IMG/VR virus record: IMGVR_UViG_3300020202_000031
Coordinates: 1-44,881 of that record
DNA: 44,881 nt
DNA from: a virus
Strand: one strand, 5' to 3'
The translations under genes were made by a program, and so were the position numbers. The notes beneath the pieces were generated by a model. It worked only from the letters and a program-made list of their open reading frames with translations, was not told the DNA's origin and ran no database searches. Positions 16,794 through 24,726 of the stretch are shown here, one piece after another. How positions within the stretch are numbered: the stretch's first letter is position 1; each line of letters begins with the position of its first letter.

Positions 16794-17059
16794 CCGACCG
16801 CAAGGCATGGGCCGAAGAGATCTTAGATGAGTGGCGTGAGTCAGTCTCTGACTACCAGGTTATGTCGCGCTCTGATTGGAGGAAGCTTGTCGCGCTCATC
16901 GCAGACGCTCTGCCGAAAGATCCGCCCGAAGAGGAAGAGATGGAGCGCGAAGCTCTCCTTCAAGGCAACAAGAACGGCGCATGGCTCGAAGACAGCTGGC
17001 ACGCTGGCTTCTCTACCGGGGCTCGCTGGGCAATTTCCAAGATGAGAGGTGCGAAGTGA
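16790..17059 (+). CDS. Hypothetical protein (89 aa), paralog B
   Basis: Internal Met35 of tracked ORF 16688-17059. Similar to the 16334-16687 product. Confidence 0.45.
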   Translation: MTDRKAWAEEILDEWRESVSDYQVMSRSDWRKLVALIADALPKDPPEEEEMEREALLQGNKNGAWLEDSWHAGFSTGARWAISKMRGAK

Positions 17060-17253
17060 GACGGGCCGTCCGACACATGCTCAATCGCCGCTTTGGCCAC
17101 ACCATTTGCGGCAGGGACGAAGTCTGGCGCGTCGTCCAGGACTGGAAAGACGTAACGTGCCAGCGTTGCCAGAAGATCGCGCAGAGGCAGCAAGAGCCTA
17201 GCGTGGTCGAGCAGAAGCCAGCTACTACGAGCAAGGACACGGCAAGCCGATGA
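17056..17253 (+). CDS. Small Cys protein (65 aa)
   Basis: GTG at 17056 overlaps the upstream stop. Pattern HTICG...CQRCQ. Confidence 0.4.
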   Translation: MRRAVRHMLNRRFGHTICGRDEVWRVVQDWKDVTCQRCQKIAQRQQEPSVVEQKPATTSKDTASR

Positions 17254-17477
17254 GAACAGGCCATCGCGCAGGAGCCGGGCGCACCATCATCTCCCCTGCC
17301 CTCTCGGAGGGCGACGTCTGCAAAGTCCTTACTCTGTATCGCGAAGGTCATAGCGTTCAGTCCATCGCGAGGAATCTAAAGCTCACAACCGCCCGGGTTC
17401 GCGCCGCAGTTCTAGAGGCTGGCCTCATGCGACCCTCGACGCAGGCTAAGGCAGCGCGCGCAGCATTACTCAAGTAA
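17250..17477 (+). CDS. Small HTH protein (75 aa)
   Basis: LTLYREGHSVQSIARNLKLTTARVRAAV is a resolvase/sigma-region-4-type HTH. The stop codon lies inside a TTACTCAAGTAA motif. Confidence 0.5.
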   Translation: MRTGHRAGAGRTIISPALSEGDVCKVLTLYREGHSVQSIARNLKLTTARVRAAVLEAGLMRPSTQAKAARAALLK

Positions 17478-17614
17478 TTACTGAGCAGCGCAACATGAGT
17501 ACTTACTTTTCTACACAGTCTGTTAACTTTAGAACACGATGTGGTTCTTTGGTGCGCGAGCCGCGACCTTCCGCATGGCGGGGCGAGGGAAGAGACTAGA
17601 GGTAGAGGCTAGGT

Positions 17615-17980
17615 TCAGTCGTCCGACGACTTCGAGCCGTCAGAGCCCTTCTTGCGATAGACGCCAAAGGCGACGCGCATGAGATTGAGCTTCTCTTTCT
17701 CAGGAGTGGGGCCGAAGAGGATCTTCTCGAGCATATCGAGAACGAACTGCGCTGTTACGTCTTCAGGAGTGATTGCTTCTTTGCGAAGCGCGCCTCGCGG
17801 CTTCCCTTTGCCAAGGTTGAGTACTTTGTACAGTCGATTGCCGACGAACCACTGGTCCGGGGTTTTGCCCGTGGGAGTTTTGTATCCCTCTTTTGCGAGG
17901 ATCTTAGCTATCTGCGCAGCGCTTTTTCCCTCCTTGCGTAACTCAGCAATACGCAGATCCGGATCCTTATCATCTTTCAT
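17615..17980 (-). CDS. Orphan leftward HTH protein (121 aa), repressor candidate
   Basis: Met37 of the tracked ORF. RIAELRKEGKSAAQIAKILAKEGYKTPTGKTPDQWFVGNRLYKVL resembles the HTH/recombinase-domain motif. It is the only leftward gene between two rightward blocks and has no SD. Confidence 0.5.
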   Translation of the reverse strand: MKDDKDPDLRIAELRKEGKSAAQIAKILAKEGYKTPTGKTPDQWFVGNRLYKVLNLGKGKPRGALRKEAITPEDVTAQFVLDMLEKILFGPTPEKEKLNLMRVAFGVYRKKGSDGSKSSDD

Positions 17981-18001
17981 AGTCTTAAAACTGTAAATTA
18001 C

Positions 18002-18301
18002 GTGGAAAGGGGGCGTCAAGTGCAGAACGGGAGAGGGTACACATTTGGTACAGAAAGGCAGCTTCGTGCTGCGGAGGAGTACTACCAAAAGGTACTCACC
18101 ATCAACGCGCTCAGGAACGCCGCCCTTCGCAGCTGCCTAAATATAGCACATACGAGTCTGGAGGAGCTGCTTCAGATCACGGCCGTTGAAGAACTGCACT
18201 GCAAGGTTCGTGACACGATCCAGTCCATCGAGGCCAGGCTGGCTGAGGGGGTGGCAAAATCGACCGTAGCCCCGACGAGCGTCACGGTGGAAGTGTTGTG
18301 A
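18002..18301 (+). CDS. Hypothetical protein (99 aa), first gene of the late block
   Basis: GTG start. No recognisable motif. Confidence 0.4.
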   Translation: MERGRQVQNGRGYTFGTERQLRAAEEYYQKVLTINALRNAALRSCLNIAHTSLEELLQITAVEELHCKVRDTIQSIEARLAEGVAKSTVAPTSVTVEVL

Positions 18302-18882
18302 GAGCGATCGTCCACAATCTCCAGAAAAAGCCTGAGGTGTTCTTGGAGCTCCTGTCGGGACACTGCCCAGACATCGTCCTTGCCCAGGAAGTCACAGACG
18401 GCCTGCCACTTGATGCGGCGAACGTGTCGAGCCTTGGCTACGGTACAGGCATCTACTCGACAACGGATGTCACGAACATCAAGCGCATCAACTCACCGCA
18501 CGCTGAGTTCATCCCGACTATGCGAAAGAAGACAACGATCGGTACATCGCACGGTGTCGAGTGGGTGAGCTTCCACGGCTATAACGGCACGCCGTTTCGG
18601 AGCGCAAAGAAGCTTACAGCGCACGTGAGGGCGGCTCTCCAGGCACTTGGATCTGGCCCGTGTGTGTTCGCTGGGGACTTCAACACCTGGTCACAGACTC
18701 ACTTTGAGTCGGTGAAGTTCGAGATGATCAAGCACGGTTTCACCGGCCATTACTCAGCCCCCTACAAAGATCGCCCCCTGGCACTTGATCACGTCTTTGT
18801 GCGCGGATTGTGGATTGAGAGCGCTTACTACTACGAGACGGCAAGCGATCACCCGTGCCTTGAGGTGGTGCTCCGTGCGTGA
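18298..18882 (+). CDS. Compact endonuclease/exonuclease/phosphatase (EEP) family enzyme
   Basis: The EEP motifs occur in order: VHNLQ (Asn), DIVLAQEV (Glu), FAGDFN, LDHVFV, SDHPCLEV. Only 194 aa and no signal peptide. Confidence 0.7.
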   Translation: MRAIVHNLQKKPEVFLELLSGHCPDIVLAQEVTDGLPLDAANVSSLGYGTGIYSTTDVTNIKRINSPHAEFIPTMRKKTTIGTSHGVEWVSFHGYNGTPFRSAKKLTAHVRAALQALGSGPCVFAGDFNTWSQTHFESVKFEMIKHGFTGHYSAPYKDRPLALDHVFVRGLWIESAYYYETASDHPCLEVVLRA

Positions 18883-19123
18883 ACTGAAGGTCCTCGTCCG
18901 CGGAACCGGAGAAGCCGGGCACGACAAGAACTACTACGAGCTGAGGACGCTTGAGCGCCCTACCCGTACACAGATCCGTGAGGCTCAAGTTGAACTGGGC
19001 TTCCCGCCGTCTGGTTACGAGGGGCCACATAACATCAGTTCAAAGAACTACCTCTGGAACTCCAATGGTCGCCGCATCGTTGGTTACGTGACCGTCTGGA
19101 CGAGCAGGGCCACATGCGATTGA
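18875..19123 (+). CDS. Hypothetical protein (82 aa)
   Basis: An in-frame GTG at 18875 overlaps the end of the EEP gene. No motif. Confidence 0.4.
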   Translation: MRELKVLVRGTGEAGHDKNYYELRTLERPTRTQIREAQVELGFPPSGYEGPHNISSKNYLWNSNGRRIVGYVTVWTSRATCD

Positions 19124-19716
19124 CGTACTGCCCGTTTGCCAAGCGCACGGCGAAAGAGATGCCGACTCAAGGTGAGTACCGCAAGGGCCACCCGGAAGGC
19201 GCTGTCGTCCATTACACGGCGGGCCGCCACAACCTAACTGCGATCGATTCAGCGATTGCTAACGGCCTGTCCTATTTCCTCATCACGCACGACGGGACGG
19301 TCTACCAAGGCGCGCCGCTCAATCGGTGGGGTGTGCACGCGGGTAAGAGCGCTTATCCTGGGCTTGGCAAAGGCGTCTCTCAGTACCTCGTCGGGATCGA
19401 GCTCACCAATGCGGGGCTCCTCTCGGAGAAGGGTCTTGCGTGGTTCGGGCAGCCAGTCTCCGACTCACGACGGATCAAAGAGCCTCGTTATCAAGGTGAA
19501 GCGCCGGGCCTCTACGAGGCGTACACGACATCCCAGGAGAAGAGTCTCTTTGCGCTCCTCCAATGGCTCAAGTCAAACGCTCCGGACGTGTTCTCCTATG
19601 ACTTCGTCGTTGGCCATAACGAGGTCTGCGTTCCCGCGGGTCGAAAGCAAGATCCGGGCGGCGCTCTTTCCATGTCGATGCCAGCTCTAAGGGAGGCCCT
19701 GAAACGTGCACGATAA
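19114..19716 (+). CDS. N-acetylmuramoyl-L-alanine amidase endolysin (Amidase_2/PGRP fold)
   Basis: VVHYTAG, GVHAG, VGIELTNAG and GHNEV...RKQDPG are the T7-lysozyme-type zinc amidase motifs. Confidence 0.8.
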   Translation: MRLTYCPFAKRTAKEMPTQGEYRKGHPEGAVVHYTAGRHNLTAIDSAIANGLSYFLITHDGTVYQGAPLNRWGVHAGKSAYPGLGKGVSQYLVGIELTNAGLLSEKGLAWFGQPVSDSRRIKEPRYQGEAPGLYEAYTTSQEKSLFALLQWLKSNAPDVFSYDFVVGHNEVCVPAGRKQDPGGALSMSMPALREALKRAR

Positions 19717-19936
19717 CGTTGATAAGCCAGTTCACTACAACTCGTCTCCTGCTGTCTGCACGTGTGGTCGGCGCATTGAGTGCATTGATGTCGCCAAACA
19801 CATGAACTTCCCGCTTGGGAACGCGATGAAGTACATCTGGCGCGCAGGCCTTAAGGGTGAGGCGGTCGAGGATCTCAAGAAGGCGATCCAGTACCTCAAG
19901 TACGAGATCGAGAGGATTGAATCTAATGGCGCTTGA
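19706..19936 (+). CDS. DUF3310 (SaV-like) protein
   Basis: KPVHYN...IECIDV...FPLGNAMKYIWRAGLKG..VEDLKKAIQYL matches the DUF3310 pattern. Confidence 0.7.
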   Translation: MHDNVDKPVHYNSSPAVCTCGRRIECIDVAKHMNFPLGNAMKYIWRAGLKGEAVEDLKKAIQYLKYEIERIESNGA

Positions 19937-20633
19937 TCAAAGCCGGCTCGTCCCTGAAGACCAGGACCTCTTCTACAAGGGTGGCCCATTTGATGAGACT
20001 GAAGCCAGGTCACTCATATCAATCATGCCTCCTGAAGCGAAGAAGACGCTCTACCGGTCGCCTGCTTTCTACTTCAAGCTCCCGGAGCACGAGCTCCAAC
20101 GGCAGATTAAGCCTACTCCTCGCCTCAACCAAATCCGCATGGCGTTCTGGCGTGAGTACGATGCAGCGCAGTCGGCGATGGGGAAGATGACGCTGAAAGG
20201 GATCATTAGCTTCCTTGGCAATCTCCCGACGTTCTACGTGCGTGAGGCGCTCACCACGCCGAACCAACTCGCGTGGGTCCTCTGCCCACCGGTCAGTTAC
20301 GAGAACACGCTAGAGGAGGCCTTACAGCGCGGGCTCCAGCGCGTAAACGAGATCCTCGACATCTCCCTCCATGATGAGGACGGGCGATTTGATAAGGGAC
20401 GCGCTGAGCTCTTACTCAAAGCGGTGGCGTTCCTCGATGTCCGTAAGCACGGCATGCCGACTCAGCGCATCCAGCAGCACCAGATCCAGGAAGTGTCTGT
20501 GACACGTCGGGACGCGAAGCAGCTGGGCGGAGCCCGCGTTGAAGATCTTGATCAGAAGATCAAGCGCCTTGAGGCAGCCCTCCACGCCGAAGAATCGACT
20601 GAGCCCTTAAAGATCCCTGAGGTCGTCGACTGA
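19926..20633 (+). CDS. Putative small terminase subunit
   Basis: Called on position only: it lies immediately upstream of TerL and is coupled to it by ATGA. The start is taken at Met24 of the tracked ORF. Confidence 0.4.
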   Translation: MALDQSRLVPEDQDLFYKGGPFDETEARSLISIMPPEAKKTLYRSPAFYFKLPEHELQRQIKPTPRLNQIRMAFWREYDAAQSAMGKMTLKGIISFLGNLPTFYVREALTTPNQLAWVLCPPVSYENTLEEALQRGLQRVNEILDISLHDEDGRFDKGRAELLLKAVAFLDVRKHGMPTQRIQQHQIQEVSVTRRDAKQLGGARVEDLDQKIKRLEAALHAEESTEPLKIPEVVD

Positions 20634-22273
20634 TGGATGAGCATCAGATCAGGGAAGACCTCCTAAAGGCTAAGCTCGCAAAGCTCGAAGCTCTGCAGGC
20701 ACAGCTTCGCGAGAAGGAAGTCCTCCCCCACCGCCACCTTCTTAAGTATTACCCGTGGCAGCGCGAGTGGCTTGAGTGCATGGAACCGGTTCAGTCGGTT
20801 ACCGCCGCCAACCAAGTCGGGAAGTCCTCGACCATGATCCGCAAGTGCATCGAGTGGGCGACGAACAAGACGCTCTGGCCAAAGCTCTGGCCCGAGAAGG
20901 TGAAGAAGCAGAAGATCAACCCTTCGCAGTTCTGGTATCTCTACCCTTCGCGCGAAATGGCCACGACCGAGTTCTACGACAAGTGGCTACCTCTTCTTCC
21001 GAAGTGCAAGAAGGGTGATCCCGAGTGGGAACAGTACGGCTGGACCGAGATCAAGCCCCCCGCACGCAGCGGTTCCTTGATTGGCGTGAAGTTCAACTCT
21101 GGCGTCTCAGTGTACTTTAAGACCTACACACAGGGGCTTGAGCACCTTCAAGCAGGCACGGCGTGGGCTGTGTTCTGTGACGAGGAGCTTCCCGTCGACC
21201 TCTTGCCCGAGATCCAGGCTCGCGTGAACGCCACCAACGGCTACCTCATCTTCGGTTTCACGGCGACGCTTGCTCAGGAGTTCTGGCGTCAGGTCATGGA
21301 GGTCGGATCCAAGTGGCCCAAGGCCTGGAAGCGGCAGATCTCTCTCTACGATTGCCAGGTCTACGATGACGGGCAGAAGACGCAGTGGACGAAGTCCCGC
21401 ATCCAGCAGGTGATCGACAACTGTACCTCAGAGGCCGAGGTTCAGCGCCGGGTGTTTGGGAAGTTCGTAAAGGACGAAGGGCTCCTCTACTCGGCTTTCT
21501 CAAGGGACGCCAACATGGTGCCCTGGGAGCCCGTTACAGGTGACTGGCTCGCCTACGTTGGGATCGACTTTGGGAGCCAGAAGAAACACAACGGTCGGGC
21601 TCATCTCTCGTCGATCTGCTTTCTCATCGTCAGCCCAAGACTCGATCAGATTAGGCTCCTGATGGCCTGGCGTGGCCGCGAGGGCGAGGAGATGACAGCA
21701 GCCGATCTCGTCGAACGCTACCAAGACATGGCGCTCTACTGTAAGCACAAGATCGGCGGGCTCTACTACGATTTCTCGGCGGTAGACGTTGGCACGATTG
21801 CGAACCGGATGGGTCTGCCGTTTGAAAAGGCCGATAAGAACCGCGACCGCGGCGTGACGCTCCTCAACTCGGCCTTCAAGGACCGAGTGCTTCTTCTCAC
21901 CTCACCAAGCGAGGCGTCCCTCCGTGAGGGGATACCGTCTGACTATCTGCAGTCTGAAGAACTGGCTTCAGAACTCTCGAACCTCGGCATGAACGAGAGT
22001 AAGTCTCGCCCGTCAGTCCATGACGACATGGTGGATGCCCTCCGCTACGCGCTCATCAAGATCCCAGTCGACTGGGATGAGGTGAGACTCAAGCGTGCCG
22101 AGCGCATGGGGCTTCTCTCCAAGGTCCAGTCACTCCGCCCAACCGTTCACCCGCTAGGGAGCCCCCAGGCTCGGCTGGCGTACTGGAATGGAACCGACAT
22201 CCCCGCGCACATGCGGGAAGAGACAATCGAAGACGAGATCGCCTTTTGGGACGGCATCATCAATGGCGAGTAG
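20633..22273 (+). CDS. terL: Terminase large subunit
   Basis: Walker A at AANQVGKSST and Walker B at WAVFCDEE. The C-terminal nuclease region contains VHDDMVDALRYA. 546 aa, upstream of the portal gene. Confidence 0.8.
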   Translation: MDEHQIREDLLKAKLAKLEALQAQLREKEVLPHRHLLKYYPWQREWLECMEPVQSVTAANQVGKSSTMIRKCIEWATNKTLWPKLWPEKVKKQKINPSQFWYLYPSREMATTEFYDKWLPLLPKCKKGDPEWEQYGWTEIKPPARSGSLIGVKFNSGVSVYFKTYTQGLEHLQAGTAWAVFCDEELPVDLLPEIQARVNATNGYLIFGFTATLAQEFWRQVMEVGSKWPKAWKRQISLYDCQVYDDGQKTQWTKSRIQQVIDNCTSEAEVQRRVFGKFVKDEGLLYSAFSRDANMVPWEPVTGDWLAYVGIDFGSQKKHNGRAHLSSICFLIVSPRLDQIRLLMAWRGREGEEMTAADLVERYQDMALYCKHKIGGLYYDFSAVDVGTIANRMGLPFEKADKNRDRGVTLLNSAFKDRVLLLTSPSEASLREGIPSDYLQSEELASELSNLGMNESKSRPSVHDDMVDALRYALIKIPVDWDEVRLKRAERMGLLSKVQSLRPTVHPLGSPQARLAYWNGTDIPAHMREETIEDEIAFWDGIINGE

Positions 22274-22286
22274 CCAGGAGGAAAAA

Positions 22287-22565
22287 ATGGAAGTGGATTT
22301 TTCAGGGCTTACGAAACTTGTCCAGGCCTGCGCTAAGGCGAACGTGAAGAAGATCAAGCTTGGAGACATTGAGATCGACTTTACGCATGTTACAATTGAT
22401 GAGACTTACGTAACTACTAAGTCGGCGATAGAGTCATTGGGGGATGGGGCTTCCGGTCAAGAGAGCGCACAGGCGACTCTACGGCTGGATAGAGAAGAGC
22501 AAGATGACCAGGATCTTCTCCTAACGGACCCTCTCGAGTTTGAAAGGGTGCAGATGAGCTCATGA
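22287..22565 (+). CDS. Small acidic protein (92 aa)
   Basis: SD aggagg lies 6 nt upstream of the ATG at 22287. It sits between terL and the portal gene. Confidence 0.45.
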   Translation: MEVDFSGLTKLVQACAKANVKKIKLGDIEIDFTHVTIDETYVTTKSAIESLGDGASGQESAQATLRLDREEQDDQDLLLTDPLEFERVQMSS

Positions 22566-24685
22566 AAAAGATCCAGAACGCAGCTGACCTCGATACGCTC
22601 TACGTTAAGAGCGAAGAAGCCGACAAGGCTGACTTCGCCAAAATGCGCTCGGGCCTGATGCTCGTGGCCGGCGAGCATTACATGAAGAAAAACGCTCAAA
22701 TGTTTGAGCGTCTGCGTTCGGCGAAGAACCTCGATGAGCAGGTGAAGCTTCGGATCTCTAAGAACCATATCGGTCGCATTGCTCGCCGGTACTCAAACAC
22801 CATCATGACCGCAGCTCCCGGTGTAACGATCGGCCCCAAGCACAAGCGCGAGCTCCAGGACCAGAAGGCCGCTGAGCTTAACCAAGCCATCTGGAACGAC
22901 GCCAAAGAGAAGTGCAACCTCCCCTCCCTCGTTATGCAGTGGGCGGACGACTTCGTCGGAATTGGCGAAGTCTGGACGAAGCTCTATTACGATGAATTCG
23001 CGGGAGCTAAGGTTGGCGTTGCCCAGGCCATTGATGAAACCGGCCAGCCGATCTTTGACGAGATGGGCCAGCCCGTCCCTGATGAGTCTAAGCCCGTCTA
23101 CGAGGGCCAGATCCGCTTTGAAGAGATCTTCGCCTTTAACGTGCTGCGCGACCCCGCATGCCAGAACGTAAAAGAGTCGCCCTACCTGTGCATCCGTAAG
23201 GCTGTGACCGAGACAAAGCTCAAGGCGATGTTCCCCGATCACGCCGAGAAGATCCGCGCCAACGGCGAGACGCCTTTCTTGGTGTTTGACGTCGGTTCTG
23301 GCTACCGCAAGGGCAATGAAGACGAGCTCATCGTCAAGGAATGGTACATCCGCCCCTGCCCTGACTACCCGAATGGCTACTACTACATTCATACGGCAGG
23401 CGTGATCCTCGACGAGGGCGAGCTCCCTGAGGGCATCTTCCCGATCGTAGGCGAGCGCCTCGAGACGATCCAAACGAAGGCCCGTGGCATGTCAGCCATC
23501 GAGCCCTTGCGTCCTTTCCAAGCCGAGATCAATCGCTGCGCCTCCAAGATCGCCGAGCACCAGATCACGCTTGGCGACGACAAACTCATCATGCTCAATG
23601 GCGGCAAGATGTCTTCCGGTGGCCAAGTCCCCGGTGTCCGTGGAATCACTGTCAACGGCGGAGCGCCTACGATCCTTCCTGGTCGGTCTGGCGCTCAGTT
23701 TCTTGATTACCTCCAGTCCGAGATCAAGGGCATGTACGACATGGCCGAGCTCGACGAAGAGGAACTCAAATCGAACCTCGAACCTCACACGCTCCTCTAC
23801 CGGGCAGCCTCCCAGAAGAGGAAGTTCTCGCGCTACATCAACCGCTTTGAGCTGTTCCTTAAGGCTGTGTGTCAGACCTACCTCCGCATGGCGAAGGTTT
23901 ATCTGACCGAAGAGGCCGTTATCCTCGCCGTTGGCCGCGCAGAACAGGTCAACATCTCCGAGTTCAAGAACACCAATGACCAGTCGGTTGAGATCGTTGT
24001 TGAGCCAGCATCTGAGGATGTCGAGACAAAGCTCGGCCGTCAGCTTGTGATGCAGCACACTCTCCAATATGTCGGAGCGCAGCTTGATCCCAAGACCTTG
24101 GGCAAGATCCTTCGCAACATGCCTTACGCGAATACCGAAGAAGCGTTCTCCGATCTCACGATCGATGATGAGAACGCGACAAACGACATGCTCTCGCTCG
24201 ATCGTGGAGAGCTCCCGTTGGTGAACATGTTCGACAATAGCGAGTACCTGGTGACACGCGCCACCGCTCGCCAGCGACAGTCGGACTTCAAGATGATGTC
24301 GCCCGAGATCCAAGGTCTCTACGACAAGTACATCAGTCTCCACATGAAGAACATCGACGCCAAGAAAGAAGCAGCTCTTCGCGCACAAGCGGGATTCATT
24401 CCTGATGGTGGCGCTCTTGTCGGCATCGACTTCTTCATTCAAGACCCGAATAACCCAGAGCGCACGCGTCGAGCACGCGTGCCGTATGACGCACTTGATT
24501 GGCTTGTGGCTAAGCTCCAGGAGCAAGGCACCTTTAAGAAGATCGCTCAGACCCTGCCTGAGAGCGCTGTGGCCCGCATGGCGCCCAGCTCTCCTGAGAT
24601 GGCTGAAGCAGCCCGCCAGCAACCGGTGGCAGGTGGCGCACAAGCCGAAGTAGTTCCGCCCTCATCTACGCCAATGACGGCGTAG
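22562..24685 (+). CDS. Portal protein
   Basis: 707 aa, immediately after terL and before the scaffold and capsid genes. Called on size and position. Confidence 0.65.
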   Translation: MKKIQNAADLDTLYVKSEEADKADFAKMRSGLMLVAGEHYMKKNAQMFERLRSAKNLDEQVKLRISKNHIGRIARRYSNTIMTAAPGVTIGPKHKRELQDQKAAELNQAIWNDAKEKCNLPSLVMQWADDFVGIGEVWTKLYYDEFAGAKVGVAQAIDETGQPIFDEMGQPVPDESKPVYEGQIRFEEIFAFNVLRDPACQNVKESPYLCIRKAVTETKLKAMFPDHAEKIRANGETPFLVFDVGSGYRKGNEDELIVKEWYIRPCPDYPNGYYYIHTAGVILDEGELPEGIFPIVGERLETIQTKARGMSAIEPLRPFQAEINRCASKIAEHQITLGDDKLIMLNGGKMSSGGQVPGVRGITVNGGAPTILPGRSGAQFLDYLQSEIKGMYDMAELDEEELKSNLEPHTLLYRAASQKRKFSRYINRFELFLKAVCQTYLRMAKVYLTEEAVILAVGRAEQVNISEFKNTNDQSVEIVVEPASEDVETKLGRQLVMQHTLQYVGAQLDPKTLGKILRNMPYANTEEAFSDLTIDDENATNDMLSLDRGELPLVNMFDNSEYLVTRATARQRQSDFKMMSPEIQGLYDKYISLHMKNIDAKKEAALRAQAGFIPDGGALVGIDFFIQDPNNPERTRRARVPYDALDWLVAKLQEQGTFKKIAQTLPESAVARMAPSSPEMAEAARQQPVAGGAQAEVVPPSSTPMTA

Positions 24686-24726
24686 TGACCGCCGCCCTTG
24701 GAGGGATTTAGGGGCGGCCGGAGATC

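Noticed and set aside
23492-24643. Long antisense ORFs inside well-supported late genes: 23492-24643(-), 25757-26815(-), 22793-23473(-), 29831-30595(-), 39790-40464(-), 40824-41186(-), 41793-42230(-).
   Set aside because: Each lies entirely opposite a gene with clear motifs or position (portal, capsid, structural or ejection proteins). Their translations are R/L/V/D/G/A-rich low-complexity strings, typical of the antisense frame of GC-rich coding DNA. They have no SD and no coupling to neighbours.
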